A stretch of 63,102 nt of DNA, counting the filler, from Klebsormidium nitens (Eukaryota > Plantae > Klebsormidiophyceae), in the NCBI GenBank assembly GCA_000708835.1. It is 4 parts of 4 records of this genome, joined end to end, with 100 filler letters (N's around TTAATTAATTAA, not from the genome) between each part and the next. Parts side by side here need not be neighbours in the genome. Positions count along the whole stretch, not along the records: positions 1 to 12,493 come from DF237901.1; positions 12,594 to 42,211 come from DF237792.1; 2 more parts are not named here. One strand, written 5' to 3'. This document shows positions 11,312 to 22,700 of this stretch, piece by piece (within the stretch, counting starts at the first letter, position 1; every line of letters starts with the position of its first letter). The notes under the pieces are model-generated. The model saw only the letters and a program-made list of their open reading frames with translations. It was not told the origin of the DNA and ran no database searches. Position numbers and translations under genes: made by a program.

Positions 11312-11776
11312 TTATAACGTGCAGTTGATGGATGGAAAGTTAAAGTTTGAAGATGTTCGAGGGAAATTGTTCACTTCATTGTAGAAACTCACGAAGCTTG
11401 TCCTTTGAGTCCATGCTTTCTCCTCTTGATGTTCAAGTGTGCCAATAGACGCCATCATGCCAAAAAGTAAGACTTCCTTTTGGACTAGGTCGAAGACGGC
11501 ATAGACTCGCACCAGACGGGTCTGAAGTTTCACGTTGTCGGACAGAAAGTGAAGAAGCGCGGCCATACCCAAAAAGTTGGCAACATAGACATACGCGCGG
11601 TCTAAGTCGTATCCGCATTGTGACATACAATCTCGGCCGTCCAAAAGTCCGATGAAGGATAGCCGACGGTCGACGATCTGCATGCGTCGCTCGCGCACAT
11701 TTCCATCTCGTGATAGGAGATGCTCGTATGGCACCGTGGAACTCCGAAAAAGCGCCGAGGGGCTAGAACAGAGCAC
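11312..11776 (-). CDS. Intronless ORF of unknown function (154 aa) in the cassette block
   Basis: Open frame with protein-like composition; no motif recognised. Confidence 0.25.
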   Translation of the reverse strand: MLCSSPSALFRSSTVPYEHLLSRDGNVRERRMQIVDRRLSFIGLLDGRDCMSQCGYDLDRAYVYVANFLGMAALLHFLSDNVKLQTRLVRVYAVFDLVQKEVLLFGMMASIGTLEHQEEKAWTQRTSFVSFYNEVNNFPRTSSNFNFPSINCTL

Positions 11777-11889
11777 ATTCGGCTACAGAGACTCGGCCTT
11801 GACCTTTTTGGAACATCCTAAGCGTCAATTAGCGGAGGGGGAGGAAGAAGGCTTGAAGGCTTGTAGCTGCTTTGCAGATGATACGAATA

Positions 11890-12493
11890 AAGTGGGCGTA
11901 TCTGCGCACCCGGTCGCTCTCGGTGGCCTTCCAATGCCTGCTTCGCCGTGAAGCTCTTGCGGCAGGGCTCGGATGCATCAGCATGCCGCTCCAGACAAAG
12001 GAAGCAGCCGATGTCCCTTCCAGAATAACGGAGCCGCTTGACGGTACTGCTGTCGTGGCAAGCAAGGGGCAAAAGGTCGCCATGATGACTGAGGACCTAG
12101 AGCGCGGGCATCGAGAGCTAGAAGAGTCCCGGAGGAGATGGATTGAGGAGAATCTTGAGCGCAAGTTTAAGGACTCCAAGGCATACAAGCGCAACGTAGT
12201 GCAAGATACAAACTAGCAGACGCTCGAGCCATTGCAAACATAACCTTGTGATCGTAGCTACATGCATTGTTATCGACCGTGTATCCATCGTGCATCAATG
12301 CGTGCTTGCAAGCAATCGTTTCTGTTGCATGTGCCGGTGCCCATTCGAGTGCAGTAGGTGTCCAAGTGTCCAAGCTCCGTCGCAAACTTTCCGCGGTCGC
12401 TCATCGCTGACGTCATCGGAGCGCGGACATGTTCGCTCGTGCTTGCAAGCAATCGTTTCTGTTGCATGTGCCGGTGCCCATTCGAGTGCAGTA
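11890..12493. mobile_element. Rearranged second copy of the 7.9-9.5 kb cassette: inverted zinc-finger fragment, ORF-9010 tail, flank and repeat A unit
   Basis: The minus strand encodes CLERHADASEPCRKSFTAKQALEGHRERPG. Positions ~12100-12425 are near-identical to ~9190-9510. The copy ends at an N-gap. Confidence 0.75.
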
Positions 12494-13301
12494 NNNNNNN
12501 NNNNNNNNNNNNNNNNNNNNNNNNNNNNNNNNNNNNNTTAATTAATTAANNNNNNNNNNNNNNNNNNNNNNNNNNNNNNNNNNNNNNNNNNNNCCCTCTG
12601 GCCTGTTGGAAGGGGGAAGGCGGTCAAGCGCAAAAAGCGATGTCAGAAAGGGGCCGTTTTTAACGATCAGGCGAGCTATCTCGCGGGGTAAAGCGGCCGT
12701 TTCTTGAAGTATCGTCAAAGCCGGCTTGAAATGTTCCGTCAAAGCTTCCTTTGAACTTTCGGGAAGGAAGGGTAGTCTATTACCAATGAAGATGGAAGCT
12801 GGATCAGTGGCTACAAAGCTGGCCCTATTCGATCTCTACAGCTACAGCTAGAGCAGCTTTGGAAGAAGCACTAGGGAGGCGCAGGCAGCTGCCAGGCGGC
12901 TCAATGTACTGTTTTACAAGCTGCAATTCTGGTTTCAAAGCCCTTAGGTAGCACCAAGGAGACAGCATTTACAAATCTTGTTGGGGTTTAAGCAAACATC
13001 CTGCAGTAAATCTAGAGATAGCAAGCTGCAGAAACAATGCTCGAGGAACGAGTGGCAGACTGATTGTTACAACCTGTCTTTCAATGCAAGTAAGGGAATA
13101 GGAAGCATGGTAGGAGTGGAATCAACTACCTAGGGCAGACTCACTGACAAGTTGGTACAGTTGGTGCAGCTCAATAAGGGTTTTCCAAATGAGGCTCCAG
13201 CACCAAGAGAACTCCTCCTTGTCCTGCTAACATAAACAGCAACTGGTGCACATCTAGGAGAATGGCTGCTGATAAGACGTGCCGGCGCAAAGGCTGCCGA
13301 T

Positions 13302-14972
13302 ATGAGGTGCTCCAGGTGTAGTGCAAATGGGATTGACGTGTGGTACTGCACAAGAGAGTGCCAGGCTGCAGACTACAAGGCTCACAAGCAGGTTTGTCAC
13401 CGCTAACAATATTGCAATTTATGTGGAGAAACATCCCTCTTCACTTCTGATCTTCCTGCTTGCTCGGTTCAGCACGTACCTCAGTCCCAGCTTCTGACTG
13501 CCTCACTGCATTTCTGCATGGTTCGCAAGCTGTATTGCTGAGGGTCTGAATGCTGCAAGATTATGTTCTGGCTCAAATTGAACACGATCAGCCTACTATC
13601 AAGGATTTGATTGTTTTGAATCAAATGCTGTTGCATAATTCTCTCGTTTTGCTGTGTTTGTTTGCACCTAAATCCTGTGAGCTTGCAAGTGTTATGACTA
13701 TTAGGGTCTGGATGAGAGATGAGGGGCTTGCCCAGACTGGGGTGTGTCAGGATCAGCCTTGTCATCGCTCTGCCAGATTCAAGCCAAGTCAATGTCTCAA
13801 GTTCAAGGGGCACACATTTTGCATTCCGCTCTATGTGCTCCTTATGGTATGCCTTACACAAGGTTCAACTACGAGGCAGTTCTTGCCCGCACGCCGTCTG
13901 ACTGAGTTCCTAACATAGTTTTGGAATGCTTGAACCTCATCTGAGCATGTCCCAGGGACTCACAGGATCCTTCTCATGATCGTGCAAAGGCCAAGCCCCT
14001 AGTCTCCATTTGTAATGTCCAAGAAATTCTGCTCACTCTTACGTGCTTTTCTTTCTTAGCGCAGGCCTGCAAAGCTGGGGTAGCAAGCTTCGACTCCACC
14101 CATCCAGAAACCACTTCCTATGGAAACCGCATGTTCACGTCGCAAGGCCTTCCAAAGGGCCTCCAAACAGTTGCCGCTTCCAAAGACAATCCCCGGCAAT
14201 GGTGCGAAGGTCCGAGCGAAAAGCGGACATACATACGGTTTGTAGACTCATTCCGACTTCGAACAGAGGACGAGTATTCGTTCAATGGGGACGTGTCAGG
14301 ACTGTATGCGCAAGAAGACCCGATGCCGTGCTTCAAGCGGTACTTGAAGAAGGCCAAGGCAAAAGGGCTGATGCCAGGTGAGGAGCAAGATTCATCGACG
14401 ATTTTCAATACAAGAAATTCAAAAAGCCCACTCGAGCTGACAATCACACCCTTATTATGGCTTAAGACTTGAGCGAAGGAACTGATGAAGATGAGGAGAT
14501 ACTGTCCAGATGCTTGGAGGCCGGTCTTTGACCTTCAACCGTAGGAACGTTGATTAGATTGCCTCTGACGATTTAAGATAGCGGGGAGAAACTTGACTTG
14601 ACAATCAGCGTGGCAACTTTTGACTAAAAGAGATATACCAAAAGAAGCAGCCGCTCGTTGCAACACTGTTTAAGGGTTGGTCTCTGTACCCTTTAATCAC
14701 GGTATTGCCCTTCGACCTGCCTCGTAAAACACACCCCTCTCGCAAGTGCAATCCCGATTCTCAGTGCTGCTCTCCTTTGGCCAGACTGGTGGAACGCTGA
14801 AAAAGAGGCCGAGCTTCTGGACGTGGCGCGCTCCGACAAGTGGGCGGCGATCCACTTAGCGGTCGAAAAGAGTGACATCACTGAGCATTACGGGTATGCT
14901 TCGATGGAGCATATGGTCCTCCGCGGTTTGGCCGAGCAGGTTACGGGAAGTAGTGTTATGTCGATGTTCTAA
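13302..14972 (+). CDS. zf-MYND protein with a conserved helical C-terminal domain; exons ~13302-13391, 14065-14377, 14785-14972 (5' end uncertain)
   Basis: Spliced: RCSRCSANGIDVWYCTRECQAADYKAHKQ|ACKAG...FVDSFRLRTEDEYSFNGDVSGLYAQEDPMPCFKRYLKKAKAKGLMP|DWWNAEKE...WAAIHLAVEKSDITEHYG...LRGLAEQVTG...*. Splicing completes HKQAC in phase 0 and GAC in phase 1. The first CxxC of MYND is not clearly present. Confidence 0.8.
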
Positions 14973-16723
14973 GCAAGCCAATGCCATCCGGTTATGAAAG
15001 GAAACCTCAGTTTGAGAATTGATTGGGCCTGGGTGCGTCGACAACACTGTCATGCAAATACTCTGATCCTGATTGCAAAAAAGTGCTACAAGGTCGGAGT
15101 GCGTCAAAGGCAAGGAAGATGTTGGGAAACTATTGTCGCTCTACATGCAAAGGCGGCTGATTTGAGCAGTTTGCAAACCAGAAGTTCAAATAGTACTGCA
15201 ACTAAAGAATCATGAGCTACCGCCCGAACCCATGCCGATTTGCAATTGAACAGGAGCCAGACAATCATTGGTTCATGTTCCTTACCTAGTTGCTTGGGCA
15301 AACACATGGCCTACTAGCTAGAAGCGCTGGTACGGGCTGCGCCACCGCCCAGCGACTAGGCTGGGCGGTCATTCGAGTCGAACCTAACGTATCCGATCTG
15401 GACAATGGTCGGTCTGATCGAGTCAAGGGCTGCGCGCTTCCGTCGGAAGTTCCACGAACACTTATATCGAGGTTCTAACTTTTGAGCACACAGGGCGCGC
15501 GCGGCGGCACGGCATGCCATGCAAGCTATAGTATCAAAGTTTTGGCCATATCCTTGGAGCCGCGCGGGGCGCGGGTCCAGCTGCTTTAATTTACATGTTT
15601 CCATATCGGACTCAGGCACGCACTCCCAAGTTATAATAGTGACGTACAAATCAGGCTAACTGCGACCATGATCCGATCGTGGTCATATGCTACGCAGACA
15701 TATCCAATCATATCGATCAACGTCTACCTGCGCAGGCTAATGGCCAGCATGTGGGCCACGCGCGGCAGGAGTGTTTCTGATCGCTTCAATTGTACGAGCT
15801 GCGGGTTAGTACCTGCCCGTAGCACAGTTGAATACATGCATGCAGTGCACTTATGCTGCATCGGCCTGTAAGGGTTCAGATTGCCTCCAGCATTCCGTAC
15901 TCGAGTATGTTGAGAAGCCGAGCTCGGTCAAAGACGGTACCTATTGCATGCTCGGCCGATTAGCACTCCCGGGCGGAAGAAGCAGCAGCATGGTGGCACG
16001 TTGGTAACCTTCAAGAGGGAGGCTCTGGTAGGCTCAACTACATAATTGAACGAAGCCTCAGTGCTGAAGTTTCTGTGTGGCAAAGAAACGTTTGGGCAAG
16101 GCTTTACCTTTTCGAAAGGCTTTAAAGGACGTATGATTTCCAGGAGCGCTATGAGATCTTGAGTGTCAACCTTTTCCATTTCAAGCAGGCCCCAGGACTC
16201 TGACTTTGCTGGCTTCTTATCTCATTTCGAAACTTCCCTTAGTTGCTTTACATAACGTACGTATATACTTCGTGGATAGAGTCTACTGTACAGTCACAAA
16301 CAAAGAACACTGGTGAATGCACTGCCGGCTCAGCCAACGTCGGGATGTTGATCGAGTGTCGTCCCGATGTCCATCGCGCTCCCCGGTCGTACAAGTAGGT
16401 CACCCCAGCTTTGGTCAAGTGCTGTCACCGACTGTCAAGGAAACATGCCTTGCGAACCCTTCAGTCGATCGAAGATTACCGCAATATCTTGAGCAACGAG
16501 CCACTCTCAAGGCGAAACCTGCCGCGCTACTGTAAAGTTGAGACCCCTTCGGCATTTGTCGAGACCAAAAACCTGACAACAATCAAGCAGGAAAAGCAAG
16601 ACGGCATGTAACCGAAACCCATGGATGCATATTCTGGCATCCCCTTGGTGCAATTAGATACCCATTCTCCAACGTCATCACGAAAACAGACAGAACAGAC
16701 ACATAGCGCCAGCGAAAGGATAC

Positions 16724-19700
16724 GTTCTTCCTCAAAGAGCTCGTCGATCCCCGGGCCAACACCGCCGTCGTCCAGACTGCCCAGCCAGTAGTCGTCCTCC
16801 CCCTGCAAAAAGGTGGTGTCTCGGTCACTTCGGCAGCAGCAGAAAACGAACATTGACAGAAGCGTCGAGACTCGAGTCATCTCTCGAATATGTTTGTGCA
16901 GGTACTTACGGAACCGCGGCTGATTGCCTGAAGGGCAAGATTTGCATGAGAATCTAGCTCTTCCAAAACCGTTCACCATTCATGAGACATTTAAATGTCT
17001 GCGCAACGTGCACGGATATCAAAAGAATAAGCAAGTTCCCCTCGCCCACTAGTCGACCACCACTTCTCAGTTGATACTTCGTCTCCTCTTCATGGATAAC
17101 AAGCAGAAAGACAGTTCCTCCGCGAACACGTTCAGGAAAGGCTGACGTAAGCAAGGCTGACCTCAGCAGCCGTCAGCGATCGAATCCGCGACGGGCTGGT
17201 GGGCATTTGCGCCGCCTCCGCCATTCCCGCCTCGTCCCGCAAGAGCGCCCCTTCTCGCAGAATCGCCCCCTCTTCCGGCCTTACTGGCCGGGGCTGGGCC
17301 GGCTCTGCAACCGCCCCGTGGGCGTCATCCGTTTGCATCTCCTCCAAGTCGGGTTCGTGACGGCTGCAGAAAGTGGGTTAAGTTTGAATAGCTAATAGCA
17401 GCCTGCCTCACCAGTGGGTTACGGGATTGTTGAGAGACCATTGTTTTGCATCGTTCAAGTTGGGTTCGTGACGGCTGCCAAAAGTGGGTTGAAAAGCATG
17501 ATCTGGGAGAAAAGCAGCCTACCTCACCGGTGGCATACGGGATTTGTGTTCTTTGAAGAAGGAATCATTGTTTGTAATTCCTCAAATCAAGTTTGTGACG
17601 GCTGCAAAAAACGGGTTGTCTTTAAACTGAGGGGAAGCAGCCTGCCCAACAGTGGATTACGGGGATTGTGTGAAGAAGCAGATCATGGGTTTGCAAGTCC
17701 TCTAAAGTCAAGGTCGTGACGGCTTCCGAACATGGAATTTTGCAAATCCAGGGGAAAGCAACCGGGGGTCCTAAGAGACTAGTTGGTCACGGGGTCTGTG
17801 TTGTGGCGAAGAAGCAAATCGAAGTCTGCGCTTACATGAAGTCGGCTTCGTGACGGCTGCGGACAAGTGATGAAAGGGAGCGGGGCAAACAACGGGGGGG
17901 CTGTGCGGTTTGGTACTCATGAATTTTTTGCTCCATCATCAGATATTTGGGTATCCAACAAAGACACTCACCAGAGGTAGTTGGTGAATCTTCAGCTTCG
18001 TCCCATTCAGACGGCTCCGGAAAAAGGGATGCTGGAATTTGTCACTGCAGTGTCACCTTTCCTTCAAGAACGCTGAGCACGACCAGAGTGATCGACCGAA
18101 GAACTAAAGAGAAAGGGTGGCCGCATGTCTTCGTCACAAGTGCTCACCTCACAAGGTAGACGTCAATCGGCCCGGCAGTGCTCCGCAAAATGATTTGATA
18201 GTTACCCTGCAGGAAATGACAGACTTTCACTTCGTATAGAAACAGAGAACGCCTTCATCTGCAATTCCCTTAGACAGCTTCGAAAATTGCTGTCCGCTGT
18301 CCTTATGCGTTCTCTGATGGCTGCTTACATCAGTTGAGTGACGAAACCATGGGTCTTTAGGTTCCTCTCGTTCCTGAATGTCTCCCGCACATCTACAGCA
18401 GAAGTCATGTTTCACTTCATTTATCATTGTCCGCAATGAGCTTCAACAGTACCCTTCCAGGTATTTTCTCTCGTCTCTTGAAGATAAACATGCCCTTAAT
18501 CCTGGGGACATGTCATTCTGAGCCACTTTCCTGTTTCAGCATCCCAAAATGGCTCTATGAGCCACAAACCCGAAGTTATGAAGGAAAGTTTGAAATTGTT
18601 AAGAGGAAGGAGAGTCACGAGCTGCGCATTTCTTACTGTATCCTCCACATTCGGCGCTTCGACTTCGGTCCCCGGCGGCGCCTTGATCGCGATCAAGGTT
18701 TCCCTCTGTGCACAGAAGACGCTAGATGAGCCGCCGAGACTCAACTTCGTGCAAAGAGGTGGCGAGTATGTTACTTCGGACCCATTTCAATATCTAGAGG
18801 CGGCAGCCAAACATGAAAGCGATCTGCGCGGACTTGGCTAATGGCCCCAGTAAAAGCAGGCAGCAGAGGGTTGCGCAACCTAGTACCGTCTTCAAGGGCA
18901 CAACGCGGTTTCGATACCAACACTGAACAATCTGAGGACTCGGCGTCAGACCACACCACGGGAATCGAGCAGATGCTTACATTGGACAACTATCCGCGGA
19001 AACATAAAAGTGCTGGCATTTTTCATAAATTCTGCCTCCTAATCTCAAAAGCGCTGCGCTAAAACCCCTAAAACCCCAAAAGCTCGAAGCCTGGCGAGCT
19101 TACCTCGAAGCCTGGCAAGCTTTTGATGTCCTGCTCCGTCACGTAGAGCCATCTGAGAAACGTCCGTCAAGGAAGCGACAAACGCAAGAAACCCGTTCAG
19201 GGAAATTCGATGGAAAGCAAAGTTGTGAAACGTTGCAAGCTTTGAATGCTCGAAAAGGTTGTAGGCAAACCGTTTCTCGAAAGAACTCAAGAAGTCTGAT
19301 CCGACGTATCGCACAAATAGGTAGTGTGTGGTGGATACTGTTTACTGTGCTCATCCTCCTGAAACGCTGCCACCCTTTCTCGCATCATCCTGCAAAGGGA
19401 TCCAGCGAAGTATATAACATATTCGACACGCTTATGGATGATTGCAGCAGCAAGGCTGATGGGATAAGGATCGTCTTGTGAAGTATGCTCTGACGATTAT
19501 CGTTTCCGTCCACGTACACGAAAGATCTGGGCTTGGATGCTCTGCACGTCAACGAAGTCATCTCACCCTTAAACCATCGACGGACGAACGGACGTTAGAA
19601 AGAAGCGGAAGCGGAATCTAAGGTCTAAATTCTACCCTTGTCACCTTCCTTTGATGAATCGTCGACTCGAGCTAGGAAAGAATGACAGCACCGTCGAGTC

Positions 19701-22700
19701 GCACTAAGGTTCGACAGAAAAGCCGGTCAGTTGCGCTTAGGTAACGATTACACTTTGACCCGAGCTCTAAGCCAGACTCTAAGCAAGTTTAAGCTTGGAG
19801 TTGACGCTCACTGTATCTGTTCGTCGAGCGCCATCTCCTGTTGCTGCAAGTGATCCAGCTCCGCTTGCAGCTGGGCCGTCTCGTCCAGCGACTCGACCGT
19901 CGTCGTTCCCGCAGCACCCCTGCAACCGCGGAGCGATGGGTTAGCTTAACGATGCGGGTTAGGGTTTGACCGATTGGAAGTCGCTTCATTTACCAGATGC
20001 AGTTTTGAGTCTCGATCAGCGACTCGACCGCTGTTGTGCCCGCAGCGCCCCTGCAACGGGTTAGGCTTAACGAATCAGGTTGAGGTCTGAGCAAACGGGA
20101 CGCAGCTGCATGTACCAGATTGCTGTTTGGAGTGTCCTTCAGCAACTCGACCGTTGTTGTGCCCGCAGCGCCCCTGCAATTGCGGCTTTATGGGTTAGCC
20201 TTAATGTCTCAGGTTAAAATTTGAGCCGATTGGAGTTGCTGCAGTCACCAGATATGGTTTCGAGTCCCGTCTAGCAACTCTACCGTCGTCGTGCCCGCAG
20301 CGCCCCTGCGATTTGCGTAATTTTGGGTTAGGCTTAACGATTCGGGTTAAGGTTTTAGCATCCGGGAGTCGCTGCATTTACGAGATGCTGTTTGAGGAGG
20401 GGCGTTCAGCGACTCGACCGTTGTCCTGCCCGCAGCGCCCCTGCAACCGCGGATTCATAGGTTTGGCGTAACGACTCGACTTAAGGGCGAGCAAACGGGA
20501 GACGCTGCATGTACCAGATTGCTGTTAAAGTCGCGTTCAGTGACCCAACCGTCGTTGTAGCCCCAGCGCCCTGCAATTGCCACTCATGGGTTAGGCTTAA
20601 CGTCTCAGGGTAAAGGTTTGAGCATTTGGGAGTTACCGCATGTACGAGATGCTGTTTGTGGAACGTTCAGCGACTGAACCGTGGTCGTGCCTGCAGCGCC
20701 CCTGCAATCGTGGATTCCTAGGGTAGGCTTAACGAGTCGGGTTAAGGTTTGAGCGGTAGGGAGTCGCTGCATTTACCAGATGCTGTTTCGAGTCTCGTCC
20801 AGCAACTCGACCGTCGTTGTGCCTGCAGCACCCCTGCAACGGACTTTATGGATTAGGCTTGACGACTCGGATTAAGGTCGGGAGTGGCTGCATTTACCAG
20901 ATGCTGTTTCGAGTGACGTTCAGCGAAGCGCCCGTCGTTGTGCCCGCAGAACCGCAACTGCGGATGATGTGTCAGTTTTAAGGTTTACTCTCAGGTCCGA
21001 GCAACTCTTGTCTGACCAGAAATAGCGGGTCGTAATGCTGTCGTCCGCAAATGCGACTATCGGTGCCCGGAGCACCCCTGCAACCGCCAATCTGGGTGGG
21101 CTTTACGGTTTGAGGTTTTAGTATGAGCAGCTCTTGTCTGACCAGGACGATGTCGTAAGACTTTCGGTTAGCGACTTGACGGCCGCCGGGCCCAAAGCGC
21201 CTCTGCAATCGCGGGGGAATTATTTTTGCTTAACGGTTCACGTTCAGGTCCAACCATGTGAAGTTGACTCTGCCTGGGCCAACAAAGAAAGGCCTTAATT
21301 TACTCTCCCCTATTCATCTCCCCGTGCATGAAAGAAACTTTCCGAAGCAAGATGATGAATACGGACCCTATGAAAAACGGCGTCTTCAACTGAAATCAAG
21401 AGCGTTACGTGCGAGTTGAGTCATCTGGACGTCTGCTAGGCACCTCGTCGTCGAACGGATACACGGCCGCAACAAGAAGCGGTCAAAACTTTCTGACTTC
21501 TGCTTTCCGAACCTCTTGCCACGTCCTCACACGCTACTTGTGTTCACGTCACAAATACAGGTCTGGTAATGTTGCTATGGCGACCAGAATATAGCTTAGG
21601 GGAAGGTTCCCGAACATAAGCGTGTAGAGCGTGAAATGGACTTACTTCCACAGAATGTTGTTCTTCGACTTCTTCTCGATCAACCCGATCCCCTCCAGCA
21701 CGTTCGTGATGTCGTATATTCGTCGCTTTTGTACCTGGAAGCGGGACAAGAGGTTGGTCGCTTGCAGCGACATTTCGGTTCTAGTGTTCCAATGGATCTT
21801 GACGTCTCTTAATCTAGTACGCAAACTTCAGCAGGAACGCGACATGGAGCGAAGCGGACCTAGTGACCAGTGAAAAGACCCCTGCATGTCACTACCGTCT
21901 AGGTTCTTCAAAAAGCATGCAGACTAAAAGATCATGCAGCTTTATTAGTCTGTCTCTTCATGCAATGCTCGTGCCTTCATCCCAACGGGGATTAGACCAG
22001 CGACTCGTGACTGTCCTGTACCGGTGGTAAGAACTGCCTGCTATACTTACCTGCAGCGTTTCAGCAGCTTTATTTAGGTCAACGACACCGTCAACCGCCT
22101 GCTTTATAAGGTCGATGAAGCGCTTCGTAAGCAACCCTGCAAAGATCGCAGGAGGAGGATTGGAAGGATGACGGGGAACGGTGGCAAGTGGCGCTAACAT
22201 CAGGAGTGCGATTGTTTCAAGGGAACTCTGAATTGGCCGATTCCTGTCTTCGGCGCAAGAACAAAGTTTACGAAGTTGCAGACACGGATAGCTCCCACTA
22301 CATACAATCAGCGACCATGTCATAAAAAACCCTAGGTGCTGACGCCCAAAACTGGAAGCCAAACTACAAAGGCTTGGCAAGTCGTCTTTGTCCACCTGGT
22401 GGATTCCGCCGGATATATCGGGAAGTAGGTCGCACTCACCAAGAGACTGGTCGTATCTGCTGCAAGAGCTGCCGGGAGTTTGCTGTGACGCACTCGGAGG
22501 TGACCCTGCAGAAAAAGAAAGAACCTTTGTGAGCTTTAGCTGGAAAGGTAGCAAACAGGGAAGAAGACACGAAAGCCTGATGCATTATCGGGTCAGGGCA
22601 ACAAAAGATTAATGAAACAAACTGCCTGAATAAAGGGAAAATGACGAATGCTTTCCAGATGTCTAGGTGCAGAATGAAGGACAAAGTGGCTTTCATCACG

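Noticed and set aside
12538-12549. TTAATTAATTAA palindrome (also 42256-42267 and 48795-48806)
   Set aside because: Identical 12-mer centred in ~100-nt N-runs with stops in all frames: an assembly gap linker, not biology.
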